Shown here in pieces: positions 39,847 to 52,500 of a DNA stretch of 64,000 nucleotides; the first letter of the stretch is position 1; each line of letters starts with the position of its first letter. The notes under the pieces are model-generated. The model was given only the letters and a program-made list of their open reading frames with translations, was not told the origin of the DNA and did not search any database. The stretch covers positions 1-64,000 of the IMG/VR virus record IMGVR_UViG_2574180309_000001, one strand, 5' to 3'. A program made the translations under genes and the position numbers. Source of the DNA: a virus (lineage: Duplodnaviria > Caudoviricetes).

Positions 39847-39963
39847 CACTAGGAAAGTTAAGTGATTTGAATAGTACAGTCAAAAAAATATAAAAGGAAC
39901 AAAAGAGATTGCTAGTTTAGTAATCTCTTTAGTTATGGAAAAACATTAAGGAGGAATTAATAT

Positions 39964-40809
39964 ATGTCAGTATCAACTTTTATTCCAACAATTTGGGAAG
40001 CGCGCTTGATGGCGAACTTTCACAAGCGTTCTATTGCGGATTTAATTACAACAACGCCAACGAAAATCGAAGGTAATAAGATTATCTTTAATCGTGTAGG
40101 CGCAGTAAATGTAAAAGATTATAATGGTACAATCGAATGGGATGATACCAACCCTTCTAAAGTAGAAATTAATATGGATCAACAAAAGTATTTTGCTTTC
40201 AAAGTTGATGATGTAGATGCAGTTCAGGCTGCTGGAGATTTAATCGACCCACATACACAAGAGGCAGGAGCGGTACTTCAGGAAACCGTTGATACATTCG
40301 TATTAGGGCTTTATAAAGGCGCTCATAAAACTCATACAATTGGGAGTGACTCTAGTCCAATTGAGTTATCACCTAAAAATGCATATGATTACGTTGTAGA
40401 CTTAAATACGATTTTAAATATTAAAAAGGTTCCTAAAACTGAACGATTCACAATCATCAATTCTCAGGTTTTAGGTTTATTATCTAAAGATGATCGCTTT
40501 ACTAAGCAACCTGTTGTTTTAGAAAATGGTATTGTTGAAGGACAGATTATTAATGGATCACAAATCGTTGTATCAGAAGAAATTCACGGTACTGGTGGTA
40601 AGTATAAAATTTTAGGTCTTCATAAGTCTGCCATTGGATACGGGACACAGTTAACTGAAACAGAGGCACAACGTCTGCAAAATTCCTTTGCAGATGGTAT
40701 TCGTGGTCTTATGGTTTATGGTGGAGATATCCTTCGTCAAGAGTCAATAGCGGTACTTACAGCTACAGTTACATCAATTACTCCGGAAAAACCAGGTGGA
40801 GGGGCTTAA
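39964..40809 (+). CDS. Major capsid protein
   Basis: FIPTIW; FADGIRGLMVYG; position. Confidence 0.85.
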   Translation: MSVSTFIPTIWEARLMANFHKRSIADLITTTPTKIEGNKIIFNRVGAVNVKDYNGTIEWDDTNPSKVEINMDQQKYFAFKVDDVDAVQAAGDLIDPHTQEAGAVLQETVDTFVLGLYKGAHKTHTIGSDSSPIELSPKNAYDYVVDLNTILNIKKVPKTERFTIINSQVLGLLSKDDRFTKQPVVLENGIVEGQIINGSQIVVSEEIHGTGGKYKILGLHKSAIGYGTQLTETEAQRLQNSFADGIRGLMVYGGDILRQESIAVLTATVTSITPEKPGGGA

Positions 40810-40852
40810 TAAGCCTTCTCCATTTTTTTCTTTTACGTAAGTAGGTGATTAG

Positions 40853-41164
40853 ATGGAAGATATGAAAGCAGAAATTTTAAAACGTGTAAAACTGCAAGTA
40901 CCTAATATAAGTGATGAAAATTTATTAATAAGCATTGAAGATACAATGTTAATGGTTGCTCAGTACACCAATAGAACTATTCCTGAATTCCCTCCTGCTT
41001 ATATTGGTATCATCGCTAAAATGGTGGTTCATCAGTATATGGAGCAAGAGAGAGAAGGAAAGAAAAGTGAATCGTTAGGTAACTATTCTGTTACTTATGA
41101 TGATGTGGTAGATTATCCAGCAAGCGTCACGAAGGGGCTGAAAGTGAGGTTACGTGTTCTATGA
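40853..41164 (+). CDS. Head-tail connector
   Basis: EGKKSESLGNYSVTY. Confidence 0.8.
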   Translation: MEDMKAEILKRVKLQVPNISDENLLISIEDTMLMVAQYTNRTIPEFPPAYIGIIAKMVVHQYMEQEREGKKSESLGNYSVTYDDVVDYPASVTKGLKVRLRVL

Positions 41165-41505
41165 TTCAGTCAATGATACGCAAGTTTGGAAAAGATGCTA
41201 CAGTACTTCGTAACGCTGGTTCTGATGATGGACCATATCCAACAGAAGAATGGAAAGAAATCAATACTGTTAAAGGTGTATTGGATGCTATCCAAGGGAC
41301 AAAGGATGCTCGCAATAAGAAAGTAGAAGAGAAAAGCACACATTTCTTTTACTGCATGCTTTTCGACGTAACTATTCAAGATAGATTAGTTATCGATAAG
41401 AAGGTATACAGCGTTACTTATCCGGGCGATCCAATGAATGCGGGTAGATTCTTTCAAATAGAATTGGAGATGTTGCCATATGAGCGTGAAATTCCAATCC
41501 AATAG
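41161..41505 (+). CDS. Head closure protein
   Basis: Synteny and size. Confidence 0.7.
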   Translation: MIQSMIRKFGKDATVLRNAGSDDGPYPTEEWKEINTVKGVLDAIQGTKDARNKKVEEKSTHFFYCMLFDVTIQDRLVIDKKVYSVTYPGDPMNAGRFFQIELEMLPYEREIPIQ

Positions 41506-41887
41506 AGCCGCTGTTATGGCGAGACATTTGGCTGCAAAGAAAGCAGCTCATACTGCTATTGGTCAATTTGTATCTTCTAAAGCTAAATTACTTGCTGCTG
41601 TAGACACTGGCAATCTAAGAAGAAGCATTAGTTCTAAAGCAGAGCAAGAAAAAGTTGTTATCGGTACTTCTGCTGATCATGGAATTTATGTTGAGAAAGG
41701 AACAGGAATTTATGCTGTAGACGGTGATGGGCGTAAAACTCCTTGGATGTACCGTGACCCTAAAACAGGGAAGATGGTTAAAACTCAAGGGCAACATGCA
41801 CAGCCTTTTCTTAGACCAGCAGCAGAGAGCAATAAACCGCAAATTACACAAGTTGGCACGCGAACCTATTCGTCGTTAATGAGGTAG
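41480..41887 (+). CDS. HK97 gp10-like neck protein
   Basis: VDTGNLRRSI, VEKGT, QPFLRPA. Confidence 0.85.
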   Translation: MSVKFQSNRAAVMARHLAAKKAAHTAIGQFVSSKAKLLAAVDTGNLRRSISSKAEQEKVVIGTSADHGIYVEKGTGIYAVDGDGRKTPWMYRDPKTGKMVKTQGQHAQPFLRPAAESNKPQITQVGTRTYSSLMR

Positions 41888-41892
41888 ATAGC

Positions 41893-42255
41893 ATGAATGA
41901 CTTTATAAATATATTACACAGTGAATTAAAACAGATTCATAAAGAAACGTATTATGAAATCGCTAAAACAACGGCTGAAATGCCTTATCTGGTATTCACG
42001 GTAAATGATGACAAAGAACCATGGGGACGAAAGAATATCATGCTTACAATTGATATTTACGGCACTTCCGCTCATCTTAGTAAAATAGATGAACTGATTA
42101 TGAAGCTAGAAAACAATCTTCATAGAAAAAGGTTAAGCAGTGCTGAATTTGGTGCTGCTATTTCTTATCTTTCGAGTCAGAAAGTACCTGATCCAGACCC
42201 GAATATCAGACGTAAAGAAGTGAGGTTCATTTTAAGAACTTATTTTAAACAATAG
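41893..42255 (+). CDS. Tail terminator
   Basis: Synteny; PYLVF. Confidence 0.7.
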   Translation: MNDFINILHSELKQIHKETYYEIAKTTAEMPYLVFTVNDDKEPWGRKNIMLTIDIYGTSAHLSKIDELIMKLENNLHRKRLSSAEFGAAISYLSSQKVPDPDPNIRRKEVRFILRTYFKQ

Positions 42256-42269
42256 AAAGGGTTGATTAT

Positions 42270-42863
42270 ATGGCAGCTCCACAACCAAAACCAGAGAATG
42301 TCCTATTCGGAGATTGGGGTGCATTCTTCTTTAATTATGGAGAAAAAGACGAACTACCTGTAGGTGCTACACAAGGCGGTGGCTCATTTAAATACGAACC
42401 AGAGTTTAAAGAAATTGAATATGATGGTTCTCCTGGTGACACTATGGGGATGAAACGTATTACAAAATCAAAAACTCAAATTAGTTTTAAGACACTTGAA
42501 TTTTTGGATAAAGAAAAAATCAAAAACTTTATTGCTGGTTTAAAAGTATCAGAAGAGACTGTTACAAAAGACGGGAAAACAATTAAGTACGACGTGATCG
42601 AAGCTACAGAACGTCTAACAAAAGATAGCTATCTTAAAAACGTAGCATGGGTTGGCGAAACTTTAGGTGGAGATATCGTTGAAATTATCGTATATAACGC
42701 ATTATCTGACGGTTCATTAGAGCTAGGATTTGAAAACGAAAGTGAAGTTGTTCCAGAAGTGACATTCACAGGACATCGTGATCCAGAAAACATTCGAAAA
42801 GTACCATGGAAAAAACGTATTTTAACAGCAACAGAAGCAGCTAAATTAATACCAGCAGGTTAA
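42270..42863 (+). CDS. Major tail protein
   Basis: VGATQGGGSF; synteny. Confidence 0.8.
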   Translation: MAAPQPKPENVLFGDWGAFFFNYGEKDELPVGATQGGGSFKYEPEFKEIEYDGSPGDTMGMKRITKSKTQISFKTLEFLDKEKIKNFIAGLKVSEETVTKDGKTIKYDVIEATERLTKDSYLKNVAWVGETLGGDIVEIIVYNALSDGSLELGFENESEVVPEVTFTGHRDPENIRKVPWKKRILTATEAAKLIPAG

Positions 42864-42909
42864 AGAGTAGGGATAATCCCTGCTCTTTTTATTTTAAGGA
42901 GGAATAAAT

Positions 42910-43338
42910 ATGACTATTGCAATTCAAGAAAAAGAATATAAAGTGAGACAAATTCATGGTGGAGATTTATTTTCTGTAGTTCGTATTTTGAAGAAATCGA
43001 AATTCAAGGTTGATATTAATTTACTTAAAGATTTAATGATGGGCGTACGAAATAAAGAAGGAGCAACTCAAGCTGATGTATTAGCTGCCCAAGAGACTTT
43101 CGGGTATGACATTATCATGAAGTTTATCTTCGGATTAGAAGAAGCAGAACAGGAATTTTTTGAGTTTGTAGCCGGACTTTTAGTTCATGAAGATGAAGGT
43201 GGCAAAAAAACATCACCAGGTTGGGAAACGATTCGAACTTTAAATCTAGAAGAGTTGGTTCGATTATTTATTGCAATTAAAGATTCAGAAGTTGGGCTGG
43301 TTAAGCTTTTTTCCAATGCGGTGAACTTGATGAAATAG
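42910..43338 (+). CDS. Tail assembly chaperone (G)
   Basis: Between the major tail and tape measure genes. Confidence 0.75.
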   Translation: MTIAIQEKEYKVRQIHGGDLFSVVRILKKSKFKVDINLLKDLMMGVRNKEGATQADVLAAQETFGYDIIMKFIFGLEEAEQEFFEFVAGLLVHEDEGGKKTSPGWETIRTLNLEELVRLFIAIKDSEVGLVKLFSNAVNLMK

Positions 43339-43649
43339 ACTTCATCGATACGTTAGCTTCTCGCTATCCAAATATGGAGTATATAAGGAGTTTGGATGCA
43401 GAGATAGTTATTAACTTGTATCTCACCGCAAAGAAGAAACAGATGGACCGCATGTTATGGGAGGAATGGTGCGCCCTGCAACCGTACTGCGATGAAACAT
43501 TTCCTCAATTTAAACATAAGCGCGAAAATCCAACGCAAGAACAGGTACAACAATACAACGATTCAATCGAACAAACACCGAAGCAGAAACTTACAAAAGA
43601 AGAAGTGTTTGCTCGAGTTGCAAAAATCCGCGGAAAGGCGGGTGAATAG
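43306..43649 (+). CDS. Tail chaperone extension (T), probably via -1 frameshift
   Basis: The -1 frame opens at CTTTTTTCC (43306-43314), just after a TAA. Confidence 0.6.
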
Positions 43650-46600
43650 ATGGAATTATTTAAGATGTTCGGTTCAATCTTCTTAAAAGACGATCAGTTA
43701 CAAAGAGGATTGGCTAATGCAGAAAGAAGCGGGCAAAGGACCACAGGTATCTTAGGTCGTGGATTTGGTCAAGTTGGCGCTGCGGCAGCTGGTTTAGGTT
43801 CTTCTGTTGGTGGAGCGGCTATAGCTATGGGTGGATTAGTCGGCATTGCTGTCGGTGTGGGTGCCGCAGTTGCTGGTATAGTTCATGTTGGTTCTGAGTA
43901 CACGAAACAAATGTCAAAGGTAGAAGCTCTTTCGCGTTCGAACGGACTACAAATGGCTGAGCTTGGAGCTAACGCTCGTAAACTTGGTGCTGATACTAGA
44001 TGGTCTGCTACCAATGTAGCTGAAGCCTATGAGTATATGGCTTTAGCTGGTTGGGATTCTAACCAAATGATTGCAGCTAGTAAACCACTACTTGACTTAG
44101 CGACTGCTGGTGCTTTAGACCTTGCGAAAGCTTCTGATATCGTTACGGATACGATGACTCCATTTGGCATGAAAGCTTCTGAAGCAGGGCGAGCTGCTGA
44201 CGTATTCGCACTAGCCCAAGCGACTGCCAATTTAAATGTTGAGCAGCTGGGCGAGACTATGAAATATGCAGCTCCTGTAGCTGCTACATTCGGTTTAAAC
44301 ATCGAACAAACAGCTGCGATTGCTCAGATATTTGCGAATAACGGTATCAAAGCTTCTATGGCTGGTACTGCATTACGTGCTGGGTTATCTCGATTAGCCG
44401 CACCGCCAAAAGAAGCAGCTAAATCATTATCAGCATTAAATGTAACAGTTAAAGATTCACAAGGTAACTTGAAACCGATGAATGAAATCATCGGGCAATT
44501 ACACGATGGGTTTGGGAAGTTAACTGATGCTCAACAAATCGCTGCTGCAAAAGCAATCTTCGGTGAAGAAGCCTATGCAGGATGGATTCAAGTTATTAAG
44601 GGTGGTAAACCTGCCTTTGATGATATGGTAAATACCCTCGAAACTGCTGAAGGTTCTGCGAAAGTTATGGCTGAAACAATGGCAAATAACTTATCAGGTG
44701 CAGTTGATGGCGTTAAATCACAATTGGAAAATTTAGGGCTTGTTGTTTTTTCGCACGTTGAACCGGCGCTTGTCGCGATGACAAATGGAACAAACAATGC
44801 TGTTAAATCTCTTACCAACTGGCTCGATCCATCTGGACGTGCCGTTGAAGCAGCTAAATTAATGCAACAAACTGATCAGCAGTTAGCTCAATCTAAAGCT
44901 GTTCTTGATATGAATCTTAAAAAAGGGAAAATAACGCAAGAAGAGTATAACGAAAAGTTAGCTCTATCTAAGAAACATGCCGAAGATATGATGAACGCTG
45001 ATGGTATGTTAGCTCAGAAAAAAGAAGAGTTAAAAATGAAGATTGAAGAAGGGAAAATGACTCAAGAAGAAGCCAACAAGATCCTCGACCAATCTGAAGT
45101 TGAATACCAGAAACTCCAACAGGGTATTGATCAAACTCGTCAACGTCAAGAAGCGATGAATAAAGTATTCGAACCACTTCGTGATGCAATTGGAATCATC
45201 CAACAAGTTGGAGCTGCTATCGAGCAATTCTGGATTGCTGCAACTGGAGATAGAAATGCACTAGTTGAAGGGTATGACATCCTTACTAAACTAGGTTTTT
45301 CAGCTAATGCAATTCAGTTTATACAAGAAACTACAGCAGCAGTACAATACGGTGTAGAAACTATGAAAGCCCTCGTATCTGGTGATTGGGGAGCTGCTAG
45401 TAATTTCTTAGACAAGTTAGGTTTTTCACCTGAGCAAAAAGCAGATATTATTATGTTCGTTCAGGATGTGCAGGCTCAATTGAGTAGCTTCATAGAAAAT
45501 GTACAATCTCTAATCTCAGCTGCCGCTCCAGTAATTATGGGAATCATCGGTGCTACTTGGGATTTTATTAAGAGTGTATTTAATACCATAGCCCCATACT
45601 TAATGCCTTTGCTAACAGATGTGATGTCGTTTGTGAACGGAATTATAGAAAAGATTGCGGCGTTTTGGAAAGAAAACGGAGATCAAATTGTTCAAGCTGT
45701 AAAAAATGCATTCGATATTATAAAGAGCATTATTGAATTTGTAATGCCTATTGTTCTATTCATCATTGAAGATGTGTGGGGAAACATAAAAGGTGTTATA
45801 AATGGGGCCTTAGATATCATCTTAGGGACAATTAAATTGTTTTCTTCCTTACTAACTGGTGATTGGACTGGTGTATGGGAAGCGATTAAACAGATTTTAT
45901 CAGGGGCTTGGGAATTCATTTGGAATTTCATTCAAATATGGGGAGTTGGAAAGGTACTTGGCATCATCGGCAAAATAGGCAGCAAAATGAAAGGACTGTT
46001 TGGAGAAGCTTGGGAAGGTGTAAAGAAAGTATTTTCTGACATGTTCGAGGGGATTTTTAAAAGTTCAGGGGACACCCTTACAGTGATAAAAGAAGTGTTC
46101 GGAAAAGTGAAAGATGCAATCGCAACCCCATTTAAAAATGCTTGGGAAGGCGTTATGGAATGGATTGATAAAATTAAAAAAGGTGTTTCAAATATGTTTA
46201 GTGGTGTGCATATACCAGTTCCGAAAATTAGTGTGAACGGTTCGTTAAACCCTGTTAATTGGGCGAGTGAGGGTCTGCCATCTTTCGACGTTAAATGGGC
46301 TGCGAATGGAGCTTTAATTAAGCCTGGTAATCCTACATTAATCGGGGTTAAATCTAGCCCGGTTGTTGAGAAATCAGCAGCATAAAACATCGTGTGAATT
46401 CGGGGAAACCTAAGTTTTATCAATAATTCAGGTATGGTATAATATGGGAGAGAGATAGATTCGGATTAGCTACCCGAGTCGAAAGAAGGTACCGACACCT
46501 TTTCTCTCATTTGAAAATTAAATAGTCGGATAAAAAAACTCTGTCGGAGGGTTATTCGTTATGACTAAAAGAGTTAGATGTTTAGAAGACGCTATTTCTT

Positions 46601-48032
46601 TTGTTAATGAAAATAGCGATTGTACATTGTTTTCGAATGAATATGCAGGCAACCGTGCAAAGATGAAATTCAAATGCAGGTGTGGTTCTGAATTCACAAC
46701 TGACTTCAATCAATTCAGGAAAGGAAAACGACAGTGCAATAAGTGTGGTCTCAATAGATGTAATCAAGATAAGATATTCACTTATAGCCAGATCAAAGCC
46801 TTTGTTGAATTAGAAAGTGATAGTGGTTGCACTTTGATTAGCGACAAGTACCAAAATTGCAAAACACCTATTAATGTTAAATGTAGGTGTGGAAACGAAT
46901 TTGTTACTACATTCGATTCTTTTAAAAATAGCGGTAAAAGAAGATGTAATTTTTGTTCCAATAGAAATACTGGGAAAACAGCAACCTTGTTAGCCAAAAG
47001 AAGAACTAAATCTGAAGGGCCACACAATAAATCTAACCATGAAGAATTTGTTTCGAGAATGTATGCTCTATTAAAAGATGAGTATACTGTACTTGGTCAA
47101 TATACAACAGCGAGAGATAAGATTCTCGTGAAACATAACATTTGTGGTCATGAATATCATGTAGCGCCAGATAAGATTTTAAATCAAAATAGACGTTGCC
47201 CAAATTGCAGCGACTGCCGTTCATCAAAAGCTAGTAAAGAAATTGAAAAATGGCTAACTGAAAATGACGTTCTATTCGAAAAAGAATACAAGTTCCCTGA
47301 CTGTAAATATCAAAGGAAACTAGCTTTCGATTTCGCTGTTTTAGATTCAAATGAACATGTTAAATGTTTAATTGAATATGACGGAGAACAACACTTCAGA
47401 CCTTTCCAGTTTATTAGGAACAAAAATACAAGAAATGCTAAATTCCGAGATTCTAAGAAAAGGGATGCAATAAAAAATGCATATTGTAAAAGAAATAACA
47501 TCCCGTTGATTAGAATTTCTTACTTAGAACAAGACATATTAAAACCAATACTTGAATTAAAGGTAGGCACTCTATTATGAGTGTCTTTTTTGTTGATAAA
47601 ATATGGCAATCCCGAGCCAAGCCTGTGCGGAAACGACAGGAAGGTGTAGAGACTAGGTAGAGTAACCTAAGTGAGAATATGGTGAAATACCCAAGAGCGC
47701 ACGACACCCGAACCCGAAGAATAGGTGATGATATAGTCCGATACTCCAGCGAAAGCTGGAGAGTTAAGGATAAAGAGCCTTAACATAACAAATGTGGTGA
47801 CGCAAGAGGATACGATGAAACGGTTTTACCTTTACGTAAGCAAACCTTTGACGCGATTGCGAATGGAATTATGGGTTCATTACCATTAAATCAACAGCAA
47901 GGGGCCAAATATGCATCACAAGGTCCAACTGTTTTACAAATTAATTTGAACGGAAGAGAAATAGCGAAGGAAATTTACTCAGATGTCAATGAATTTCAAG
48001 AACGCGAGAAAGAAAGAATCAAAGTATTTTAG
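43650..48032 (+). CDS. Tape measure protein, exons 43650-46348 and 47795-48032 (978 aa spliced)
   Basis: TP901-type core; the spliced junction restores PTLIGV-GDARGYDETVLPL. Confidence 0.9.
46349..47794 (+). mobile_element. Group I intron in the tape measure gene
   Basis: P1 with U46348-G46357 wobble; P GAATTCGGGGAA, Q AATCCCGAGC, R GTAGAGACTA, S GATATAGTCC; terminal G at 47794. Confidence 0.9.
46561..47580 (+). CDS. Intron-encoded homing endonuclease (Zn-finger repeats plus Vsr-like/EDxHD-type nuclease)
   Basis: Repeated CxCG...CxxC units; FDF...IEYDGEQHF...D..KN. Confidence 0.8.
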   Translation: MTKRVRCLEDAISFVNENSDCTLFSNEYAGNRAKMKFKCRCGSEFTTDFNQFRKGKRQCNKCGLNRCNQDKIFTYSQIKAFVELESDSGCTLISDKYQNCKTPINVKCRCGNEFVTTFDSFKNSGKRRCNFCSNRNTGKTATLLAKRRTKSEGPHNKSNHEEFVSRMYALLKDEYTVLGQYTTARDKILVKHNICGHEYHVAPDKILNQNRRCPNCSDCRSSKASKEIEKWLTENDVLFEKEYKFPDCKYQRKLAFDFAVLDSNEHVKCLIEYDGEQHFRPFQFIRNKNTRNAKFRDSKKRDAIKNAYCKRNNIPLIRISYLEQDILKPILELKVGTLL

Positions 48033-48044
48033 GTAGGTGATGAT

Positions 48045-49526
48045 ATGGCGGGAATTGGCTTCTTTAGTTTTAACGGTAAAAGGAATCCAAATGTAATTCC
48101 ACTGCAGGGTAAAAAGCGCCCTGCATGGGCTCCTTTGGATCATATGTTTCTTGAAGTCCCGCATTATCCAGGAGGTAGGTTACTACGCACACAAACTAAA
48201 ATGAGAAAAATTTTAGTTCCTATTGCACTATTATATGATTCAGCTGAAGAAGCTGAAAAACTAAAAGAAGAAATAGCAGATTGGCTCGTTACGGATCAAC
48301 CGTGCGAGCTTATTTTTGATGATGAAAAAGATCGTACGTTTTTAGCTGTCGTAGATGAAACTTTAGATTTAGACCAGTTAGTTGATCTCGGTGAAGGTAC
48401 TTTAACTTTCATTTGTCCAATGCCATATAAGCTAGGAAAAGGGCAAACGGTTGACTTTAAAAAAGATGTTAGTGGGTTAGTTGCTAATGTCCAAAATAAA
48501 GGAACTGTTCATTCTAACCCTATCATTGAGATTGATATTACGAAACCAAACACTTTTTTAGATGTATGGTTCGGCGGGGTATCCTTAAGTGATCGAGATT
48601 ATTTTCGTATCGGTATGCCACTAAAAACTGTGGAAAAGCCTGTAGAAAGGAATCAACGAATAGTATGGGATGAAATGGCCACTACGGTCGGATGGAGTAA
48701 AGTCAGCTCAATGGAAGATGGGGAACCGGTTGGTGAAATGAAATCAGATAAATATCAATTTTATTGTTCTGACTTTGGTACTGCGGGTAAAGGTTGGCAC
48801 GGCGCAGCCGTTAAAAAAAGTATCCCTGGCGGTCCAGTACAAGACTTTATTATGCAAGCCTACGTTACATGTAAGAGTAAAAAAATCAATGAAATGGGAC
48901 GAGTTGAGATAGCGATACTGGATGAAAATAGCAAGGTACTTTCAAAAATTGCTATGAACGATCTCTTTTGGCAAGCTGAACAAAATTTCGGGACAATGGT
49001 AATTGGATATGACAATAAGCCAGGGAAAATAGGTTTAATTTATGAGAGTGGCGATTATCCGAATACATGGAATCAGTATTTTGGTCGATTGTGGATAGCT
49101 AGGACAGGAAATGTATGGGAAGCGTATATTTCAAAATTCCTTCCAGGTACAGAAAAAGATGATTCAGAACGATTTGCACGTTGGACCGATGAAAAAAACT
49201 ATCATATGGAAAAAGCAGCACAAATTCAGATTAGCATCATGCAGTTTCAAGACGTTCCACCAGTAGAAGCAATGTCAGTTAGTGGTTTGAAGTTTTGGAA
49301 AGTGAATTTAAATACGAAAAATACACCGCCTTATATAGTAGATGTTGGTGATAAAGTCGTGATCGACACAGAAAACAGTCATGTAACAATTGAAGGAAAG
49401 AATGCGATTAACATTAAGGACATTTTCAGTAATTTCCCTGTTATCAATAGAGGCACTAATAAACTTGAAATCATGCCTTCTGATATCGGAACAGCAAGGG
49501 TCAAATATAGGGAGCGATTTAGATGA
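48045..49526 (+). CDS. Distal tail protein (Dit) with insertion
   Basis: ELIFDDEKDRTF, GTLTFICPMPYK; 493 aa. Confidence 0.85.
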   Translation: MAGIGFFSFNGKRNPNVIPLQGKKRPAWAPLDHMFLEVPHYPGGRLLRTQTKMRKILVPIALLYDSAEEAEKLKEEIADWLVTDQPCELIFDDEKDRTFLAVVDETLDLDQLVDLGEGTLTFICPMPYKLGKGQTVDFKKDVSGLVANVQNKGTVHSNPIIEIDITKPNTFLDVWFGGVSLSDRDYFRIGMPLKTVEKPVERNQRIVWDEMATTVGWSKVSSMEDGEPVGEMKSDKYQFYCSDFGTAGKGWHGAAVKKSIPGGPVQDFIMQAYVTCKSKKINEMGRVEIAILDENSKVLSKIAMNDLFWQAEQNFGTMVIGYDNKPGKIGLIYESGDYPNTWNQYFGRLWIARTGNVWEAYISKFLPGTEKDDSERFARWTDEKNYHMEKAAQIQISIMQFQDVPPVEAMSVSGLKFWKVNLNTKNTPPYIVDVGDKVVIDTENSHVTIEGKNAINIKDIFSNFPVINRGTNKLEIMPSDIGTARVKYRERFR

Positions 49527-52500
49527 GAACACCAAGCGGAATACTTCATGTTGTTGATTTCAAAACAGATCAGATTATATCAGCTATTCAACCAAAGGAC
49601 TACTGGGCTGATAACCGTCATTGGGAGATAAAAAATAACATTGATATGTTAGAATTCAAAACTTTTGACGGCACTCCACATGCAGTTACATTACAGCAGC
49701 AGAACTTAGTTTTAAAGGAAGTGCGTGATGGTCGCATTGTTCCATATGTTATCAATAATGAAGTAGAAAAAGACTCTGATGATAGATCGCTCACTGTACA
49801 TGCTTCTGGTGCCTGGGTTCAAATAGCCAAAGATGGGATTATTAAACCTCAACGTATAGAGAGCGAAACAGTTAATACGTTTATTAATATCGCTCTTGCC
49901 GATTCAAAATGGCAACGTGGAATAACGGATTATTCTTCATTCCACACGATGACGATTGATGAATTCATCGATCCCCTCACTTTTTTAAAGAAAATCGCTG
50001 CTTTGTTTGAGTTAGAAATCCAATATCGCGTTGAAGTATCCGGTTCTCAAATTACTGGATGGTACGTCGATATGATAAAGAAACGAGGGAGAGAAACAGG
50101 GAAGGAAGTAACCCTGGGAAAAGACTTAGTAGGCATTAGACGCATTGAACATTCCAGGGATATTTGCACTGCCTTAGTTGGATTTGTACGGGGTGAAGGT
50201 AACAAACTTATCACAATTGAGAGCATCAATAATGGACTTCTTTATATTACAGATAGTGATGCTTTTCAACGCTGGAATGCGCATGGTAAGCATAAATTTG
50301 GTTTCTACACTCCGGAAACAGAAGACCAAAATATGACACCGCAGCGATTAATGACTTTGATGAAGACGGAATTAAAGAAGCGTGTCAATTCTTCAGCTTC
50401 TTATGAAATAGAAGCACAATCTATTGGACGTATTTTCGGACTAGCGCATGAACTAATTAACGAGGGCGATACTATCCGAATCAAAGATACAGGCTTCACG
50501 CCTAAGTTATACCTTGAAGCACGTGTAATTGCTGGCGATGAATCTTTTACGGATCCTACACAAGATAAATATGTGTTTGGTGATTACCGTGAGATTACAG
50601 ATCAAAATGAAGAAATACGAAAGATTTATAATCGTATTCTTAGTTCACTAGGAAGTAAGCAAGAACTGATAGATCAGCTAGATAAATTGGTGAAAGAAGC
50701 TAATGAAACAGCAAGTAACGCTAAGAAAGAATCAGAAGCAGCGAAAATACTGGCTGAAAAGGTTCAAGAAAATATTAAAAATAACACGGTAGACATCATT
50801 GAAGCTAAGAATCCACCGACAACAGGGCTGAAACCTTATAAAACACTTTGGCGTGATATTAGTAATGGAAAGCCGGGTATTTTAAAAATATGGACAGGTA
50901 CAGAGTGGGAACCTGTTGTACCCGATGTAGAGTCTGTCAAAAAAGAAACACTTGAACAGGTTAATAAGGATATTCAGTCCACAAAAGAAGAATTAGATAA
51001 AAAAGTAGAAGATGCGCAAAAAGAGACAAATGGACAATTCAAGAAAGTAACAGAAAATCTGCAAGAAGTTTCTCTAACCATTAAAAATGTAAAAAAATCT
51101 CAAGGTGAAATAGATAAAAAAGTTACTAGCTTGCAGCAAACTAACGAAGGATTCAATAAATCTATTGAAGCATTAACAAAAAAAGATGGTGAAATCACTG
51201 AGAAACTAAATACAGTAGTAGAGACTTCCGAAGGCACAGTAAAGAAAATCTCTGAGGTACAGCAAACAACAAGTGAACTAAAGAAAACAACTACTGAAAT
51301 AGAAGAAAAAGCTGGGGAAATCAGTGAAAAGTTAACAAGTGTAGAAACAAAGGTTAATAATGATAAGGCTGGAGGACGTAACCTTTTATTAGATTCAAAT
51401 ATTAAATACGAAAAAACAGATTATCTAATCAATCAATATTCTCTAACTGAAAATTTCTTTGCGGGTGAGGAATATACCTTTGTAATTAAGGGAAGTGTCC
51501 CACAAGGTCAGAAATTTGGGATTTGGCAGAATGGCGGTTCAAATAATGTTGGATATGCAACAAGTGTTTATGCTAATGGAATAACGTATGTAACCTTTAA
51601 AGCTGGTGCAACTACAAGTGGAAATGAAAGAAAGTTAAGTTTATATAACTATCCAAGTAATACTACAAAGGCAATTGTAGATTGGGTTGCCTTGTATAAG
51701 GGGAATAAGCCCCAGGATTGGACGTCAGCGCCTGAAGAACAGGTAACAACCGATGAATTCACCAAGAAAACTACTGAAATTACAAAAAGTGTAGATGGTA
51801 TCAAAGAAACAATGACAAAAGTAGAAAATAATCAAAGTGGATTTGATAAGCGTGTTGCTACTGTAGAAAAAGATGCAACTGCCATTAAACAAAATGTCTC
51901 TTTAATACAAAATACGCAGACAGAACAAGGAAGACAATTACAAGAGGCGAAAGCTGGTTGGGAAAATACTGCGAAAGCACTTGAAGGTAAAGTTGAGCTT
52001 AAACAAGTAGAAGATTATGTTGCAGGGTTTAAAATCCCTGAATTGAAACAAACAGTTGATAAAAATAAACAAGATTTATTAGGCGAATTAGCTAACAAGC
52101 TTGCGACTAATCAATTTAATCAAAAAATGACTTCGATTGATAACCGCTTTACTATCAATGAACAGGGAATCAATGCTTCAGCCAAAAAGATAGAGGTATA
52201 TACAAAAGAGCAAGCAAATGGGCAATTTGCAACATCATCTTATGTAAGAGATATGGAAACACGCCTTCAGTTAACTGAAAAGGGCGTTAGTATATCTGTA
52301 AAAGAAAACGATGTAATCGCAGCATTCAATATGAGTAAAGAAAACATTACTTTGAATGCGAACAAAATTAACTTAGTAGGTTTTATTACAGCAAATCATA
52401 TCAAAGGAAAAGTTTTAGAAGGAGTAACACTTAAAACGAGTGGAAACAGATTTGTTGAAATAAATAAACAAGACATGAAGATTTTCGATGCAGATACGCC

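Noticed and set aside
43650-46385. Tape measure pseudogene truncated at 911 aa
   Set aside because: The stop lies inside the group I intron; splicing restores the frame
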